From NCBI GenBank assembly GCA_965250085.1, contig OZ252287.1:160001-224000 (forward strand): a DNA stretch of 64,000 bases. The letters run 5' to 3'. Under the pieces are notes generated by a model, which saw nothing but the letters and a program-made list of their open reading frames with translations, was not told where the DNA came from and made no database searches. A program made the position numbers and the translations under genes. Below, piece by piece: positions 1 to 9,834 of this stretch; position 1 is the stretch's first letter; every line of letters starts with the position of its first letter. This DNA is from Candidatus Altimarinota bacterium (GTDB lineage: Bacteria; Patescibacteriota; Gracilibacteria; CAIRYL01).

Positions 1-1
1 C

Positions 2-178
2 AAGGTGTTTAACCTCACCGAAGGTGAAAAATATTTGCTCCTGAACTCTGGAATAGGACAGGGGATTTTCTTTGCTGGACTCAAACATGTGGCTCTTCAG
101 GTGATTGCGAGTTATACGGAGGATAAAATTATCACTACTGATCCGGAAGAACTGTTGAAGCAAAAAGAAGAAGCTTAA
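2..178 (+). CDS. 3' end of a VirB4/TraC-like ATPase (partial, runs off window start)
   Basis: Frame 2 reads KVFNLTEGEKYLLLNSGIGQGIFFAGLKHVALQVIASYTEDKIITTDPEELLKQKEEA*, resembling the FxLTxxEKxxLLxxxxGxGxFF C-terminus of CPR VirB4-like ATPases; absent from ORF track. Confidence 0.7.
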   Translation, partial: KVFNLTEGEKYLLLNSGIGQGIFFAGLKHVALQVIASYTEDKIITTDPEELLKQKEEA

Positions 179-233
179 GCCTTCATTTAGTGGAAAATGA
201 GTCAAAAACTTTTTTATAATTTATAAGTCACAA

Positions 234-569
234 GTGCCTAACACTATACGAGATCGCCTTCGGCATCATTGGGGCAATGTGTATGTACCGATAAAGAACG
301 CATTGGAACAAGAGAATTCTGATAAAGTTCAAACTCTTAAAAAAGAAGCGATTGAGCGCCTTAAAGGGGTTCTTAAAGAAACAGATCTTGAAGAAACTCA
401 AGATGTTACCCGAGAAGGATTTCAAGAATTTCTAGAGTGTTTAAAGCAAACAGAGTTATCCGATATTGACGCTCTTGAAGTCGTACATGACTCATACAAT
501 AGTCTCGTTGGTGACTATGAAAAAAAACTTACTCTCTTGAGAGATCAAATATTTGACAGGAAGGATTGA
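234..569 (+). CDS. hypothetical protein (helical, orphan-like)
   Basis: 111-aa ORF, GTG start, fills gap between VirB4-like gene and secD; no recognised motif. Confidence 0.6.
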   Translation: MPNTIRDRLRHHWGNVYVPIKNALEQENSDKVQTLKKEAIERLKGVLKETDLEETQDVTREGFQEFLECLKQTELSDIDALEVVHDSYNSLVGDYEKKLTLLRDQIFDRKD

Positions 570-639
570 AGTACTTTTTCTTGAATCTTTAAAGGACTTC
601 TGCCACAATTTGGCAGATTTTTTTTTGTGTTCCCAGACT

Positions 640-2814
640 ATGAAGTTTTTTGATTACAGATCTCCGAAAGTGATTATTCTTTTCCTAGCAGTAGTCTTTA
701 TGGGGATTTTTATTATGCCCCAGAGTTGGAAACAGAATCTTCCATTTGAAGGGATGAGAGAAAATCTTTTGGCCAAAAAAGTAAGTTTTGGACTGGACCT
801 TGTGGGCGGACGACAAATTGATTATCAAGTGGATCTTTCAGAAGTAGAAAAGCGAAATGCAGATGATGATCCAGAGAATGATCGTGATCCGGATAAAGTA
901 GTGGAATCTATTGGACAAGTCCTCAGAGGGCGCATTGATCCTCAGGGAACCAGAGAGCTCAATATCTATCCGGCAGAGTTTAATGAAGAAAAACATGTGA
1001 TTGTAGAAATTACTGATGATTTGGACAACGAAGAGACACTCCGGAGATTGCAGCAAATCATTGATTTAAAATTCAAGACACAAAATGCAGAAGTTTCTGA
1101 AGAAGAAGTAGCCGTACTCAAGGGTCAGGCAGAGGTGTTGCTTTCAGAGCTGAGTGTTGAAAATTTTGAAGAAAAGGCCAATGAAGAGCAGAACGGGAAT
1201 GATATTCGGTTTAATGAGGATCGGGAATTTTGGAGAGACAGCCTTGATGCAGCATTTGATGAACCCATTGCCCGCGAGATATGGAATACAAAAGAAGGCA
1301 CATTGATACCTCGCCTGATTGAAAGAACCAGTAATACCATTGCTCCTGGCGCTTCAGGACAATATGAAATTGTGCAGGTGCAGGAGTTCGTTTTTGTAAA
1401 AGTGGGAATAAAAGAGCTCAAAGAACGAGAAAATACGGAACCCGGAGAAGAATTTAGCACGGTGCAATCAGATGTTTCTGAAAAAAATGAAGAGGCAGAA
1501 AAGCTTTTGGATATTCCCGAAGAGTTTCAAGACCTCCTGTTAGCGCTGGATGAAGGAGAGAGATCTGAAGTACTGGAATCAGAGACGGAGTATGCATTTT
1601 TTGAAATTCTCCCAAAAGCAGAAGGAGAGGTCGCGACTTCTGTTTCTGGAGTGTACGTCGCCAAGGATACTCCAAATGCGAAAGAAGCAATCGATGCGGC
1701 GAGAGCTCGCCTTGAACCGGTTATCACCACGACTGAAGAGCAGAATATGAGTCTCTCAGAAATTGTGTATAGCATCGCTCCAGGAGGGTGGGCTGATACA
1801 GATTTGGGAGGAGCACAATTCAAAAGAGCACGAGTGAGCCAAGATCCTAATACAGGAGCACCACTTGTAGAGATTCTTTTTAACAACGAAGGAGCAAAAA
1901 TGTTTGAAGAACTCACGGAAGCAAGTATTGGGAAGCCGATTGCTATTTTTGTGGGAGGAGTTCTTGTTTCTGCGCCTACTGTACAACAAAAGATTAGTGG
2001 AGGGTCTGCAGTAATCACCTTGGGATCTCAAAACTATCAACAAGCTCAGGAACAGGCTGTTGTATTGGCACGGGAGCTCAATGGAGGATCGACACCGGCA
2101 CCATTTCAAGAAAAAGGACAATTTCGTATTGGAGCGGCTCTCGGGAAAGATTCACTCCAAAAATCGCTTCTGGCAGGCTTGATGGGGCTTGGTATCCTTT
2201 CTCTCTGGATGATATTTTTTTATAGATTCCTGGGATTCATAGCAGTTTTGGCTCTTACATTTTATGCTATTGCTATTGTATTCCTCTTACAAGCAGATCT
2301 TTCTTTTGGATTCGCCTCTCTTTTGGGAATACTGGTCTTTGCGATGAGCATGAAATCATTTTCTTCACTCGAAAGAAATGATCTTATTTCACTAATAATT
2401 GCTATGATTCTTGGCATGACTATTACGTTTGTGTCATTTAGCCCTATTGTACTTACTCTTGCAGGAGTCGCGGGAATAGTACTTTCTATTGGAATGGCAG
2501 TGGATGCCAATATTCTTATTTTCGAACGAGTGAAAGAAGAACTGCGAAAAGGAAAGAATTTTTCAGCGGCCTCTCAAACAGGATTTGAGCGTGCCTGGAG
2601 TTCCATTCGTGATTCAAATGTATCTTCTCTCATTACGTGTCTTATCCTCTGGATTTTTGGATCAGCAGTCATCAAAGGATTTGCCGTAGCACTTGCCATG
2701 GGAATCGTGATTTCTATGCTCACAGCTATTACAGTTACCAGAAGCCTTGTAGGAATCCTCGTACGAGGGAAGGTAGAAGAAAAAAAGAAGATGCTGATAT
2801 ATGGAGTAGAATAA
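640..2814 (+). CDS. secD: protein translocase subunit SecD with enlarged extracytoplasmic domain
   Basis: FGLDLVGG, GKPIAIFVGG..SAPTVQ, LTLAGVAGIVLSIGMAVDANILIFERVKEE, IRDSN, KGFAVAL motifs; ATG 640 preferred over TTG 553. Confidence 0.95.
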   Translation: MKFFDYRSPKVIILFLAVVFMGIFIMPQSWKQNLPFEGMRENLLAKKVSFGLDLVGGRQIDYQVDLSEVEKRNADDDPENDRDPDKVVESIGQVLRGRIDPQGTRELNIYPAEFNEEKHVIVEITDDLDNEETLRRLQQIIDLKFKTQNAEVSEEEVAVLKGQAEVLLSELSVENFEEKANEEQNGNDIRFNEDREFWRDSLDAAFDEPIAREIWNTKEGTLIPRLIERTSNTIAPGASGQYEIVQVQEFVFVKVGIKELKERENTEPGEEFSTVQSDVSEKNEEAEKLLDIPEEFQDLLLALDEGERSEVLESETEYAFFEILPKAEGEVATSVSGVYVAKDTPNAKEAIDAARARLEPVITTTEEQNMSLSEIVYSIAPGGWADTDLGGAQFKRARVSQDPNTGAPLVEILFNNEGAKMFEELTEASIGKPIAIFVGGVLVSAPTVQQKISGGSAVITLGSQNYQQAQEQAVVLARELNGGSTPAPFQEKGQFRIGAALGKDSLQKSLLAGLMGLGILSLWMIFFYRFLGFIAVLALTFYAIAIVFLLQADLSFGFASLLGILVFAMSMKSFSSLERNDLISLIIAMILGMTITFVSFSPIVLTLAGVAGIVLSIGMAVDANILIFERVKEELRKGKNFSAASQTGFERAWSSIRDSNVSSLITCLILWIFGSAVIKGFAVALAMGIVISMLTAITVTRSLVGILVRGKVEEKKKMLIYGVE

Positions 2815-2820
2815 AAAAGT

Positions 2821-3222
2821 ATGAACCTTAGGGTATTTACTGACGGCGCTTCTCGAGGAAATCCTGGAGAAGCAGGTGCAGGGTTTCTCATTCAAGATGC
2901 TGATGGAGGAGATCTTTTCCATGGGAAAAAATATCTGGGCACCATGACCAACAATGTGTCCGAATGGAATGCATTGCTCCTTGGTCTTCAAAAAGCGAAA
3001 GAATTTGAAGCAAAAAATGTAGACTGTTTTCTCGATTCAGAACTCGTGGTGAAACAAATGAAAGGGGAGTATAAAGTCAAAAATCAAGATCTGAGACCTC
3101 TTTATGAAAGAGCAAAGATTCTTGTTTTAGAATTCAAGCATGTTACGTTTACTCACATTCCCCGAGAACAGAACACAGTTGCCGATCGACTTTCGAATGA
3201 AGCGATTGATCAGAAGGCATGA
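2821..3222 (+). CDS. rnhA: ribonuclease HI family protein
   Basis: FTDGASRGNPG, TNNxxE, DSELVVKQ, HIPREQNxxADxL acidic catalytic motifs. Confidence 0.9.
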   Translation: MNLRVFTDGASRGNPGEAGAGFLIQDADGGDLFHGKKYLGTMTNNVSEWNALLLGLQKAKEFEAKNVDCFLDSELVVKQMKGEYKVKNQDLRPLYERAKILVLEFKHVTFTHIPREQNTVADRLSNEAIDQKA

Positions 3223-3280
3223 CAACATAAAGATCCTCTTTCACTAAGAGACAGGAAAAGAATGTGAATCTATTCTTGCT

Positions 3281-3598
3281 TCATAGATTCGCTTCAATTT
3301 TTTCCTTCAGTTTATCAGCACCCATGGCACCCACCATGTCTTCCACTACTTCGCCATTCTTAAAAATTTTCAACGCAGGAATGCTCATGATCTGGTATTT
3401 CTCTGCTGTTTGAGGATTTTCTTCTACGTCCAATTTTCCGATTTTCATCTTCCCTTCATATTCTTTTGCCAATTCTTCTACAATGGGACTCATCATTTGG
3501 CATGGTCCACACCACGTTGCCCAAAAATCCACCAATACGGGAATTTCAGACTCTAATACTTCGCTTTGAAAAGTGTCATCGGTAAATGCAGTTGCCAT
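3281..3598 (-). CDS. trxA: thioredoxin
   Basis: VLVDFWATWCGPC, SIP cis-Pro loop, 105 aa. Confidence 0.97.
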   Translation of the reverse strand: MATAFTDDTFQSEVLESEIPVLVDFWATWCGPCQMMSPIVEELAKEYEGKMKIGKLDVEENPQTAEKYQIMSIPALKIFKNGEVVEDMVGAMGADKLKEKIEANL

Positions 3599-3749
3599 AA
3601 AAGAAATGAAAGAATTGAAAAGCCCCGAAGGGAATCACTTTGTGATGTACAAAGTTTTGAGAATAAACTCGAAAAATATTGTAGAGATTTTTTATTTGAA
3701 TACCAATTCAATTTTTTTTTGTTTTGAAACAAAGATTACAAATCAATGA

Positions 3750-6395
3750 TCATCGAGCCTGTCCCGCTTTTGCAAGATTCTTTTTTGACTTTGAAACAGG
3801 ATGTGTGCGATCTCCTACGATTTCGAGTTTTTCGCTTTTTTTCCCTCTCACGATCTTAATCGTATCACCTTCCGAAATATTTCCAGAAAGAAGGTTTTGA
3901 GTAATAAGATCTTCAATTTCCTCTCGAATGATTTTGTGCACTTTACGAGCACCACTTTTTTGGTCAAATGATTTTTTTGCGAGATAGTCGATAACTGAAG
4001 GAGAAATATTCAGCTTGAGCTCTCGTCCTTTTAACCTTTCTTCAAATTCTTCAATTTGAAGTTTCACAATACGTTTGATGTGCTTTTGAGAGAGAGGATT
4101 AAACACTAAAACTCTGTCCAATCTTCCCAAAAATTCAGGTCTAAAATGTTTTTTGACCTGATCCATAACGATCTCACTTTTTTCAGCAAAATCATGTTCT
4201 GCTTTTTTGAGATCATCTCCATGAGTAGAAAATCCGATTTTAACGGCTTCATTGGTGAGCACATCACCACCAATATTAGAAGTCATCACAAGTACTGTAT
4301 TTCTGAAATCTACTTTTTTCCCTTTTCCATCAGTGAGACATCCTTCTTCCATAATTTGGAGAAGAATATTTTGAAACTCTGGATGAGCTTTTTCTATCTC
4401 ATCAAAAAGGATTACGCTATATGGTTTTCTGCGAACCGACTCAGTAAGCTGCCCTCCTTCTTCATATCCCACATATCCAGGAGCGGATCCTGTAAGACGA
4501 GAAACACTGTGTCGTTCCATAAACTCAGACATATCTATCTTGATCAGAGCATCTTTTTTGGCAAAGAATTCTTCGGCCAAAACTCGAACAAGCTCTGTCT
4601 TTCCAACTCCTGTGGGACCTAAGAAAAGAAATGATCCAATAGGGCGATTCACCTCTCCTATTCCAACGCGAGATCTGCGAATAGATTTACTGATTTCGTT
4701 AAGAGCTGACTTTTGACCAATTATTTTTTTACCAAGAAGTTTTTCGAGGTCTAGAAGTTTACGAGCTTCGTCCTTGAGGAGCTTGGCAGTAGGAACTCCA
4801 GTGATTTGAGAAATAATATCTGCAATATCGTTTTCTGTAATGACAATGCGAATCGCTTTATTTGCTTTTTGCAATGCGTCTTGTTTTTTCTTTTCAATAT
4901 CACTTTCAAGCTTTTCTTGCTCGTGCTTGAGATCTAAAGCTTTTTCAAAATTTTGATTTTTTACATGTTCTTCCTTCTTTTTCATAATACGTTGGACTCG
5001 CTCCATGAGTTTTCCAATTTCTTTCGTTTTCTGCTGACTTTTTCCGCCTCTTTTTGCGGCGGCTTCATCCATGAGATCAATAGCTTTGTCTGGGAGAAAA
5101 CGATCTGTCAAAAACCGTTTTGAAAGTTTGACAGATTCTTCAATCGCCTCATCAGAAATTTTGAGATGATGATATTTTTCAAAATAAGGACGGATACCCT
5201 TGAGAATTTGCACGGCTTCTTCTTCGGATGGTTCCTCTACGTACACAGGTTGAAATCGACGTTCAAGAGCTTTATCTTTCTCTATTTGTTTACGATATTC
5301 ATCATAGGTAGTAGCGCCAATGAGTTGTATTTTCCCCCGGGCAAGAGCTGGTTTCAAAATATTTGCCGCATCCAAGGACCCTTCCGCACTACCGGCTCCG
5401 ACGACTGTATGCAGTTCGTCTATAAACATAATGACTTGTCCCTCACTTCCAATAGCTTCATCTACTACTTCTTTGATACGTTCCTCAAATTCACCCCTGT
5501 ATTTGGTTCCCGCAATCAAGGCGCTCATATCTAAAATAAGAACTCGTTTTTGCAGGAGAGAGTCGGGAACATTCCCTTTGACAATTGCTTTTGCGAGTCC
5601 TTCTATAATGGCTGTCTTTCCGACACCCGGTTCTCCAATGAGAACGGGATTGTTCTTGGTTTTTCTGTTGAGAATATGTATGACACGCTCTATTTCCTGA
5701 TTCCGTCCGATGATAGAATCTATTTTTCCGTTACGAGCTTCTTCGTTGAGATCGATAGAAAAATAATCAAGAGCAGGTGTAGTACTTTCTTCTTCCTCTG
5801 ATCCAGGCTGAGAAGAAGATATCCCTTTGGGCTTCTTATGTTTAAATGCATCTCGGAAGTCAGTGTTTTTTTGCAAATTGACAAGTGCTCCGGTCAATCC
5901 CTGAAGAAAGTCTTCCAAAGAATGAGCGGGCATTCTCCCTTTTGGAGAATGGGACATTTGTACAAACAAATCTCGAATTTGTTTCTGAATTTCAGAAAAA
6001 GAAACATTCATTTTTTTCAAAATTCTTGCGGCAGCATTTTTTTTGTGTTTGAGGAGGGCAAAAAGCAAATGCTCAGTTCCCACAAAGTTGTGTTTCTGAG
6101 AAAAGGCAATTTTAAAAGATTCTTCAATGACTTCTTTGAGAATATGAGAAAGCGCGTTTTTAAGATTAGGGTCATGCGGTTCTGGAGGGCAGGAAGGGAG
6201 GATAATGCGAACATTTTCTTCGGTAATCCCCATATTTTGCAAGAGAGCACTTGCCAAGCTTTGAGGAGTGCTCAAAATCCCGAGGAGCAAGTGTTCTGTT
6301 CCAATATATGATGAGTTCATCTGCAGGGATTCCTGCTCTGCTTTTTCGAGTGCATTTTTTGCATCTGGTGTCATTTTTTCAAAGGGACCTGGCAT
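3750..6395 (-). CDS. clpC: ATP-dependent Clp protease ATP-binding subunit ClpC
   Basis: Two Clp-N repeats (GTEHLL), Walker A GEPGVGKT and GPTGVGKT, GYVGYEEGG pore loop, short UVR-type middle domain, IGF loop. Confidence 0.93.
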   Translation of the reverse strand: MPGPFEKMTPDAKNALEKAEQESLQMNSSYIGTEHLLLGILSTPQSLASALLQNMGITEENVRIILPSCPPEPHDPNLKNALSHILKEVIEESFKIAFSQKHNFVGTEHLLFALLKHKKNAAARILKKMNVSFSEIQKQIRDLFVQMSHSPKGRMPAHSLEDFLQGLTGALVNLQKNTDFRDAFKHKKPKGISSSQPGSEEEESTTPALDYFSIDLNEEARNGKIDSIIGRNQEIERVIHILNRKTKNNPVLIGEPGVGKTAIIEGLAKAIVKGNVPDSLLQKRVLILDMSALIAGTKYRGEFEERIKEVVDEAIGSEGQVIMFIDELHTVVGAGSAEGSLDAANILKPALARGKIQLIGATTYDEYRKQIEKDKALERRFQPVYVEEPSEEEAVQILKGIRPYFEKYHHLKISDEAIEESVKLSKRFLTDRFLPDKAIDLMDEAAAKRGGKSQQKTKEIGKLMERVQRIMKKKEEHVKNQNFEKALDLKHEQEKLESDIEKKKQDALQKANKAIRIVITENDIADIISQITGVPTAKLLKDEARKLLDLEKLLGKKIIGQKSALNEISKSIRRSRVGIGEVNRPIGSFLFLGPTGVGKTELVRVLAEEFFAKKDALIKIDMSEFMERHSVSRLTGSAPGYVGYEEGGQLTESVRRKPYSVILFDEIEKAHPEFQNILLQIMEEGCLTDGKGKKVDFRNTVLVMTSNIGGDVLTNEAVKIGFSTHGDDLKKAEHDFAEKSEIVMDQVKKHFRPEFLGRLDRVLVFNPLSQKHIKRIVKLQIEEFEERLKGRELKLNISPSVIDYLAKKSFDQKSGARKVHKIIREEIEDLITQNLLSGNISEGDTIKIVRGKKSEKLEIVGDRTHPVSKSKKNLAKAGQAR

Positions 6396-6559
6396 GAGAG
6401 AAGATTATAGATTATAAATTTCAAGATTGTATTATAATGAACAAAATGTTCTTTTTATTTTATCAGATTTTGGAAGCAAACAGAAGGAAGAAACTAGCTT
6501 GATACACATATCCTCTTGCACTTTTTTGTTTGTATTGAGGAATATAAATAAGGATTATA

Positions 6560-6586
6560 TTAGCACTCATAATTGTAGAGTGCTAA
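6560..6586. promoter_or_regulatory. CIRCE element (HrcA operator)
   Basis: Exact consensus TTAGCACTC-N9(ataattgta)-GAGTGCTAA in clpC/carA divergent spacer; hrcA present in the window. Confidence 0.95.
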
Positions 6587-6600
6587 TATATGCGAGTCAA
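6572..6600 (-). promoter_or_regulatory. sigma70-type promoter directed at clpC, overlapping CIRCE
   Basis: Minus strand TTGACT-17 nt-TACAAT; the -10 lies in the CIRCE spacer. Confidence 0.75.
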
Positions 6601-6627
6601 GTATTATCGTTTTTTCAAAAATTTTTC

Positions 6628-6657
6628 TTGCTCATTATAGGATTCTTTCTCTACAAT
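6628..6657 (+). promoter_or_regulatory. putative carA promoter (leaderless transcript)
   Basis: TTGCTC-18 nt-TACAAT ending 7 nt before ATG 6665; no SD. Confidence 0.5.
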
Positions 6658-6664
6658 CTTCCCG

Positions 6665-7762
6665 ATGCAATCAAAACAGGAAGCTCGGCTCATTTTACAA
6701 GACGGAACTGAATTTCAGGGAGAAATGTTTGGAGCAAAGCGTTCTGCCGATGGAGAAGTGGTTTTTAGCACCGGAATGATGGGATATGAACAGTCGCTTA
6801 CAGATCCCAGTTTTCGTGGTCAAATTTTGACCTTTACCTATCCGATGATTGGCAATTATGGAATTCCAGATGAAAGAACCCAAGACAATCATGTTTCCCG
6901 AAACTTTGAAGGAGATGTTCATGTGAGAGGAGTTTTGGTCTCAGAAGATTCACTCAGCTTCTCACATTGGAAAGGAAAAAAATCACTTTCCGACTGGCTG
7001 GAAGAAAAAGGGATCCCTGGCGTTTCTGGCATAGATACAAGAGCGCTCACTGAGCACCTGAGAGAAAAAGGATCTCAGCTGGGACAAATCATTCCTGCAG
7101 GAGAAAAGCGGAAGCCATTTGCTCATATTACCGATCCCAATACCCAGAACTTGGTGGCGGAGGTTAGTTGCTCGCAGAAGAAGATATACACACCAGAACG
7201 TTCAAAAGGAAAAACAGTAGTGGTCTATGATATGGGGATTAAAAACAACACCCTTCGATGTTTCCTGAGAAGGGGAGTGAGAGTGATACGCCTCCCATGG
7301 GACTATGATATCCAAAACCTCAAAGAATCATACGATGGTGTGTTTTATTCCAACGGACCCGGAGATCCAGATGTAATCTCCAAAGTGAGCAATGCTAACA
7401 TCCAGTATATTCTCGATCAGAAAATTCCATTTTTTGGAATCTGTTTTGGCAATCAACTCCTGGCACATGCCATTGGAGCCAAAACTAAAAAAATGAAATA
7501 TGGGCATCGAGGGGTCAACCAACCTTGCAGAGAAGTCAAAACTGGCAGATGTGTAGTCACGAGTCAAAACCATGGATATGTAGTAGACAGCAAGAATCTT
7601 CCAAAAGATTGGAAGGTTTCCTGGGAAAATCTGAATGATGGCACTTGCGAAGGCATCAAGCACAAATCACTTCCGGCATTCTCCGTGCAGTTTCACCCAG
7701 AAGCCTGTCCAGGCCCGGAAGATAGTGAATATTTGTTTGATGAGTTTGTAAAGATGCTCTAA
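6665..7762 (+). CDS. carA: carbamoyl-phosphate synthase small subunit
   Basis: GEVVFSTGMMGY, TDPSFRGQI, IDTRALT, SNGPGDP, GICFGNQ, SQNHG, QFHPEA. Confidence 0.97.
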   Translation: MQSKQEARLILQDGTEFQGEMFGAKRSADGEVVFSTGMMGYEQSLTDPSFRGQILTFTYPMIGNYGIPDERTQDNHVSRNFEGDVHVRGVLVSEDSLSFSHWKGKKSLSDWLEEKGIPGVSGIDTRALTEHLREKGSQLGQIIPAGEKRKPFAHITDPNTQNLVAEVSCSQKKIYTPERSKGKTVVVYDMGIKNNTLRCFLRRGVRVIRLPWDYDIQNLKESYDGVFYSNGPGDPDVISKVSNANIQYILDQKIPFFGICFGNQLLAHAIGAKTKKMKYGHRGVNQPCREVKTGRCVVTSQNHGYVVDSKNLPKDWKVSWENLNDGTCEGIKHKSLPAFSVQFHPEACPGPEDSEYLFDEFVKML

Positions 7763-7782
7763 TGGTTTAATTCTTTGTAAAG

Positions 7783-8352
7783 ATGAAAGAAATAAAAAAC
7801 ATGATCCATATCTCAACACGAGAAGAATGGAGGCAGTGGCTCGAAAAAAACCATAAAAAGGAAGCAAAAGTTTTTTTAGTGAGTTATAAAAAACACACGG
7901 GCAAACCATCAATTACACATCGAGAATCTCTTGAAGAGGCAATTTGTTTCGGATGGATTGATACCACTATCAAGAGGTTGGATGATGAGCGATATGGGAG
8001 ATATTTTGTCAGAAGAACAGATAGCAGTCGATGGAGTGAAAATACTTTGAAGTATGCCAAAGAGCTTATACGAGAAAAGAGAATGGCACCTGAGGGACTG
8101 AGGAGATATAAAGAAGGACTCAAAAAACCAACACATGATCACGGTATTCCCAAAAACCCATCTCCTCCTCCAGAATTAGAGAGAGCTCTCGCAGAAAATA
8201 AAAAAGCAGAAGAAAACTTTAAAAATCTGGCGCCTTCATACAAGAAGACGTATTTACGCTGGCTACTGGGTGCCAAAAGAGCAGAGACACGTGAAAAACG
8301 AATAACCAGAATCGTGACTCTGATGGAACAAAATAAGAAGCTTGAATTTTAG
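7783..8352 (+). CDS. YdeI/OmpD-associated family protein
   Basis: WRQWLEKNH, EAICFGWID, SRWSxxN-like, FxxLAPSYKK..W...AKRxETR motifs. Confidence 0.88.
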   Translation: MKEIKNMIHISTREEWRQWLEKNHKKEAKVFLVSYKKHTGKPSITHRESLEEAICFGWIDTTIKRLDDERYGRYFVRRTDSSRWSENTLKYAKELIREKRMAPEGLRRYKEGLKKPTHDHGIPKNPSPPPELERALAENKKAEENFKNLAPSYKKTYLRWLLGAKRAETREKRITRIVTLMEQNKKLEF

Positions 8353-8362
8353 AGAATGATAC

Positions 8363-9463
8363 TCAAAAGAGTGCTTTTGCAATTTGCTTTTTTAGTGTAT
8401 CCAGGTTCACTTTTTTCTCTGCGGAAATAAAGACTGGATTGCGATCTTTGTATTTTTTGGCGAGTTTGATCTTGCCAAATCTTTTACCGGCAACATCAGT
8501 TTTATTAAACACCAATATTTGCTTTTTATTACCAATTCCCAGATTTCCCAAAATATAGTCCACCACTGCAATTTTCTTTTTCCTTTCTGGATCCGAAACA
8601 TCTATTACATGAAGCAAGAGATCAGAATGGATGGTTTCTGAAAGGGTAGAGGTAAAAGCGGCAATAAGGCGTGGCGGGAGATCGGCAATAAAGCCAATAG
8701 TATCAGAAACCAACACATTTTTTTGTGCGTCAGGGAGATAGAGTTTTCCGACTTTTGTATCCAAGGTGACAAAGAGAGCATTATGAACTTTTACATTTGC
8801 TTTTTTCGTCAAAATTTTCATAAGACTTGATTTCCCAGCGTTCGTATATCCTACCAGAGACACAGTCTTAAAATTTTGCCGTTGCCGCCTTGTTCGTTGG
8901 AGATCTTTTGTTTTTTCCACTTTTTTTAATTTTTCGACAATTTTTCTCTCTTGGCGCCTGAGATGCCTTTTCATGATTTCAATATTCGTTTCTCCAATTC
9001 CACTCGTACCGATACCTCCTCCTTGCCTCGAAAGCTCCATGCCCATTCCAAATATGCGAGGACCCATATGTCGAATTTTTGCGAGATCAATCTGGAGCTT
9101 TGCTTCTGCACTTCCCGCGTGGTCAGAAAAGATTTGCAGAATAAGGTCCATGCGATCCCAGACAACAACCCCTTGCTCTTCAAAAATTTCAGTAAGTCGG
9201 AATATTTGCTGAGGTTTCAGAATATTATTCAAAATAATGAGATCTATTTTTTGTTTTTCTGCTGATTGAATCAACCCGTCAATTGTACTTGTACCAAGAT
9301 ACGTACCATAGTTGATTCGTGGAGGAAGTTGAAGTATTTGAGATCTGTGGATGCCTCCCAATGTGCGAATTAAGTGCATGAATTCTTCAAGGCGGATCTT
9401 TTTGAGAGAAGAAGTCACTTCATCTGGAAGTACATCTATGAGTATGGCATTTTTTTTGCGCAT
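8363..9463 (-). CDS. hflX: ribosome-splitting GTPase HflX
   Basis: GYTNAGKSS, LFVTLD, DTIGF, NKTD, ISA G-motifs; DRxxLILxIF and Gly-rich linker; ATG 9463 preferred. Confidence 0.95.
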   Translation of the reverse strand: MRKKNAILIDVLPDEVTSSLKKIRLEEFMHLIRTLGGIHRSQILQLPPRINYGTYLGTSTIDGLIQSAEKQKIDLIILNNILKPQQIFRLTEIFEEQGVVVWDRMDLILQIFSDHAGSAEAKLQIDLAKIRHMGPRIFGMGMELSRQGGGIGTSGIGETNIEIMKRHLRRQERKIVEKLKKVEKTKDLQRTRRQRQNFKTVSLVGYTNAGKSSLMKILTKKANVKVHNALFVTLDTKVGKLYLPDAQKNVLVSDTIGFIADLPPRLIAAFTSTLSETIHSDLLLHVIDVSDPERKKKIAVVDYILGNLGIGNKKQILVFNKTDVAGKRFGKIKLAKKYKDRNPVFISAEKKVNLDTLKKQIAKALF

Positions 9464-9494
9464 TGAATTCAAAACAGCGAAGAAAAAAATACAC

Positions 9495-9524
9495 AAAAAA
9501 GGTCCTCTTGAACAGAAGAGAACC
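9495..9524 (-). terminator. intrinsic terminator downstream of hup
   Basis: Minus strand GGTTCTCTT-ctgttc-AAGAGGACC followed by T6. Confidence 0.7.
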
Positions 9525-9552
9525 CTTTTATATTTCTTAAGAGATAGAAGTC

Positions 9553-9834
9553 TTATGTGTTGCGAACAGCATCTTTAAGACCCTTTCCTGCCTTGAATGT
9601 AGGAAGTTTCATAGCAGGGATACTAATTTTCTGACTTGGGTTTCGTGGGTTGACACCTTGTCGGGCGGCACGATGTGAAACTTTAAAAGTTCCAAAACCA
9701 GTAAGAGTAACATTGGTGCCTCTTTTGAGGGAACCGGTAATACCATCGAGGAGTGCGCCAAGTGCATCGCCAGCAGCACGCTTTGTGATACCAGACTTGC
9801 TGGCCATGTGAGCAATAAGATCTTGCTTCGTCAT
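9553..9834 (-). CDS. hup: DNA-binding protein HU
   Basis: MTKQDLI, GFGTF, RAARQGVNP, FKAGKGLKDAV. Confidence 0.96.
   Translation of the reverse strand: MTKQDLIAHMASKSGITKRAAGDALGALLDGITGSLKRGTNVTLTGFGTFKVSHRAARQGVNPRNPSQKISIPAMKLPTFKAGKGLKDAVRNT

Noticed and set aside
553-639. TTG start for secD
   Set aside because: Overlaps upstream ORF and a promoter-like TTGAAT-17-CACAAT; ATG 640 precedes TM1 normally
6427-6711. 94-aa ORF in clpC-carA spacer
   Set aside because: AT-rich regulatory DNA containing CIRCE and promoters; no protein-like features
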